Shown here one piece after another: positions 61,834 to 64,000 of a stretch of 64,000 nt of DNA (within the stretch, counting starts at the first letter, position 1; every line of letters begins with the position of its first letter). The stretch covers positions 61,436,867-61,500,866 of the forward strand of contig NC_068982.1 in the NCBI RefSeq assembly GCF_001194135.2, read 5' to 3'. Under the pieces are notes generated by a model that was given only the letters and a program-made list of their open reading frames with translations, was not told the DNA's origin and searched no databases. The DNA comes from Octopus bimaculoides. Taxonomy: Eukaryota. A program made the translations under genes and the position numbers.

Positions 61834-63003
61834 ATATAAACAGATGGTTGGAATGTTTTGATCACAGGTTTACTTGATCAGAGCTGACCTGTGGTTAAAT
61901 AACAACATTCCTAGAGGTACATTCAACCAATTGAAAAGACAAGATGCACCAGGTTCAGTGCAAAGGTTTATTGATGACCAGACAGGAAATTGAAGCCTTT
62001 TAAATTCAAATGACAAATCTTCAGAGGTCATCTGTACATGAAATAATCATATTCAGCAAATTTTCCTCGCCTGATTGTGGTCTCTAGTGCATGGGCATCA
62101 TATTTTTAATGGTGAGTTTTGTGTCCTTGCAAAGTTTTGAAGCATATATCATGTAGTTTAACATGAATTTGGCTGCTTTTTCTACCAGGTCTACCTATCA
62201 TGCAAAGGTTTTGTCATTAGTTCATACAGTTTAATAGTGTTATGGAGAAGATTTTACTGCCTTCCTACCTAGCCTCCCTAACATATAGGGGCTCCTTTTA
62301 TAGCTCATACATACATGAGATAGTATAATGAGGTTTGAGGGAGATTTGATTGTTATTTCTACCAGGCCAAGATACCTTGTTGAGGTGCCCACATTTTTAT
62401 CTCCAGTCCCTTTTACTGTCAACATATACAATGCACTGAAGTGTTGTAAATGTTGTCAGAGAAGTGGGGCACTAAAGAATAAATTTATGAAAAGTTACTT
62501 TTTACATCTTCAGAACCTTCAATGTTCAGAATGTTGAACTTCTAAGACTGTTTTGAAAAAAAAAACAAATGTAAAAAAAAAAGTTGAATGTGCAAACAAA
62601 TGCTGGCCATTAATTTTAATAACTTTCTACTATAAATGTTGAACTTTTTCAAGCAAATGGTGCATGTATAGGAGAGTACAATTCATTTTTCCAAAAAGAA
62701 CGGCGAATTGAAAGAGAATGTGTTTTTAATTCAGGAAGGTTGTTTTTAGGTAGTCATCTCCTTTCACTCACTGTCATCTCCATCTTCTGGCTAGTAAGAA
62801 AGGCTCTGTCAGCTTCAAACCATTAAGCTGTGCTACAGACAAAAAAATGCAGTCAAATAATAGAATGACTGAAGATAATTCTTCAAAACATTGCTAGAAA
62901 TGTGTCCTAGGTGAATCCCTAGATCTTCAATGTCACAATAGTAATGCTGTAAATAGTATATTGCGTCTACTTATATTCACTTAACTTATTTCTTTTCATA
63001 AAG

Positions 63004-63098
63004 GGCTTCGTGGTTTGGAAAAGAAATCTCAACTTCTCTTGATACATAACTCAACACACATTGAATGCCCAAATTATAAAGGCCTAAGGCTTAAAAAG
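63004..63098 (+). CDS. FASTKD5: FASTKD5-like second coding exon, (G)LRGLEKKSQLLLIHNSTHIECPNYKGLRLKK, phase 1 to 0
   Basis: ttcacttaacttatttcttttcataaag| acceptor and AAG|gtgagt donor. The phase matches the 60877 donor exactly, and the QL..L..S..IECP.Y.G.RL motif is typical of the FAST region. The RAP domain is expected beyond the window. Confidence 0.85.
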
Positions 63099-63349
63099 GT
63101 GAGTATAGATCTAAATACACACATTTTTCAGAAAAAGAGATGCAGTTTGATCCTGGTCTACAGTAGTAAAAATAAAAACAGACACATTCATACACATGTC
63201 AGTGATGGGCTTCCACACAGTTTCCAACTACCAAATTTCAGTCACAAGGTCAACCTAAGGTTACAATAGAAGAACCTTACCTAAGATGCCATTCATTGGG
63301 GTTTAACCCAGAAACACATGGTTGCAAATATCACACGTTTATTTCTGTA

Positions 63350-63915
63350 ACTAATCATCCTTTCACCTACGGGCACAAGGCATGAAATTTTCAGGGAGAG
63401 GGCTAGTCAGTTACATCAGCCCCAGTACTTGACTGGTGCTTATTTCATCAACCCCAAAGAGATGAAAGACAAAGTTGACCTCGGTGGAATTTGAACTCAT
63501 TCTGTCCAGTGTGTTAAAGATTCTGCCAGCTGGCTGCCTTATATCTGTATTTAATTATATATTTCAAATTTTGGTGCAAGGCCAGCAATTTCGAGAGAAG
63601 GGACGAGTCATTTACTTTATTGACCCTGAAAGGATGAAAGCAGAATTTGAATTCAGAACGTAAAGATAGATGCCTGGCATGCATTTTGCCTTGCTGCCTT
63701 ATGTCTGTATCTAATAACTGGTTTCAAATTTTGGTCCAAGGCCAGCATTTCAGGGGAGGGAGTAAGTTTATTACATCGACCAGTGCTCGACTGGTACTTA
63801 TTTTATTGACCTCAAAAGGATGACAGACAAAACTGACCTCATTAAATGATGCTGATGGACAAAATGCTACTTAGCATTTTGTCCATTGTGCTAACAATTA
63901 TGCCAGCTTGCAGCC
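63350..63915 (-). mobile_element. Three tandem SINE family B copies
   Basis: Repeated ggcacaaggc..aaattt / gaaaggatgaaag / gaatttgaactca / gccagct modules, each followed by gccttatrtctgtatytaat. Confidence 0.8.
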
Positions 63916-64000
63916 TTATGTCTGTATCTAATAATAAAACTTAAAACTACATGGGAACTTCTATATGGTCACTTAAACTAGAAATAGTAGGGACATTTCT

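Overview
AT-rich, repeat-dense animal genomic scaffold with many N gaps, most of them flanked by (TA)n or (CA)n microsatellites. The repeat families I recognise point to an octopod cephalopod (Octopus sp.); this is inference, not a database result. The one clearly identifiable host gene is a FAST-kinase-domain mitochondrial RNA-processing gene, most like FASTKD5, on the + strand. Its coding exons are 59626-60877 and 63004-63098, which join in frame, and it continues past the window end. About 100 bp upstream of its probable 5' UTR, a divergent - strand gene appears to start (non-coding first exon ending at a GTAAG donor at 59115). The first ~59 kb then looks like introns of that unidentified - strand gene, with a few candidate small exons including a 12-nt microexon at 28770-28781. 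The rest is a layered transposon landscape: two tRNA-derived SINE families (one with an internal microsatellite), RTE LINE fragments and their (GAT)n-tailed 3' ends, two Penelope-like fragments, Hero-type and CRE-type restriction-like-endonuclease LINE fragments, a CR1-like tail, an irritans-type mariner, a DD37D/maT element split by a complete non-autonomous Helitron, a decayed Sola-like transposase, and hAT, pogo-like and TTAA (piggyBac-like) MITEs. Almost all long ORFs in the supplied track are artefacts of N runs and microsatellites. I found no prokaryotic features, CRISPR arrays or true RNA genes, and no convincing wholly new system. The best leads are the microexon and divergent gene, the dsRNA-forming inverted structures (relevant to cephalopod A-to-I editing), and the nested or rearranged retroelements.
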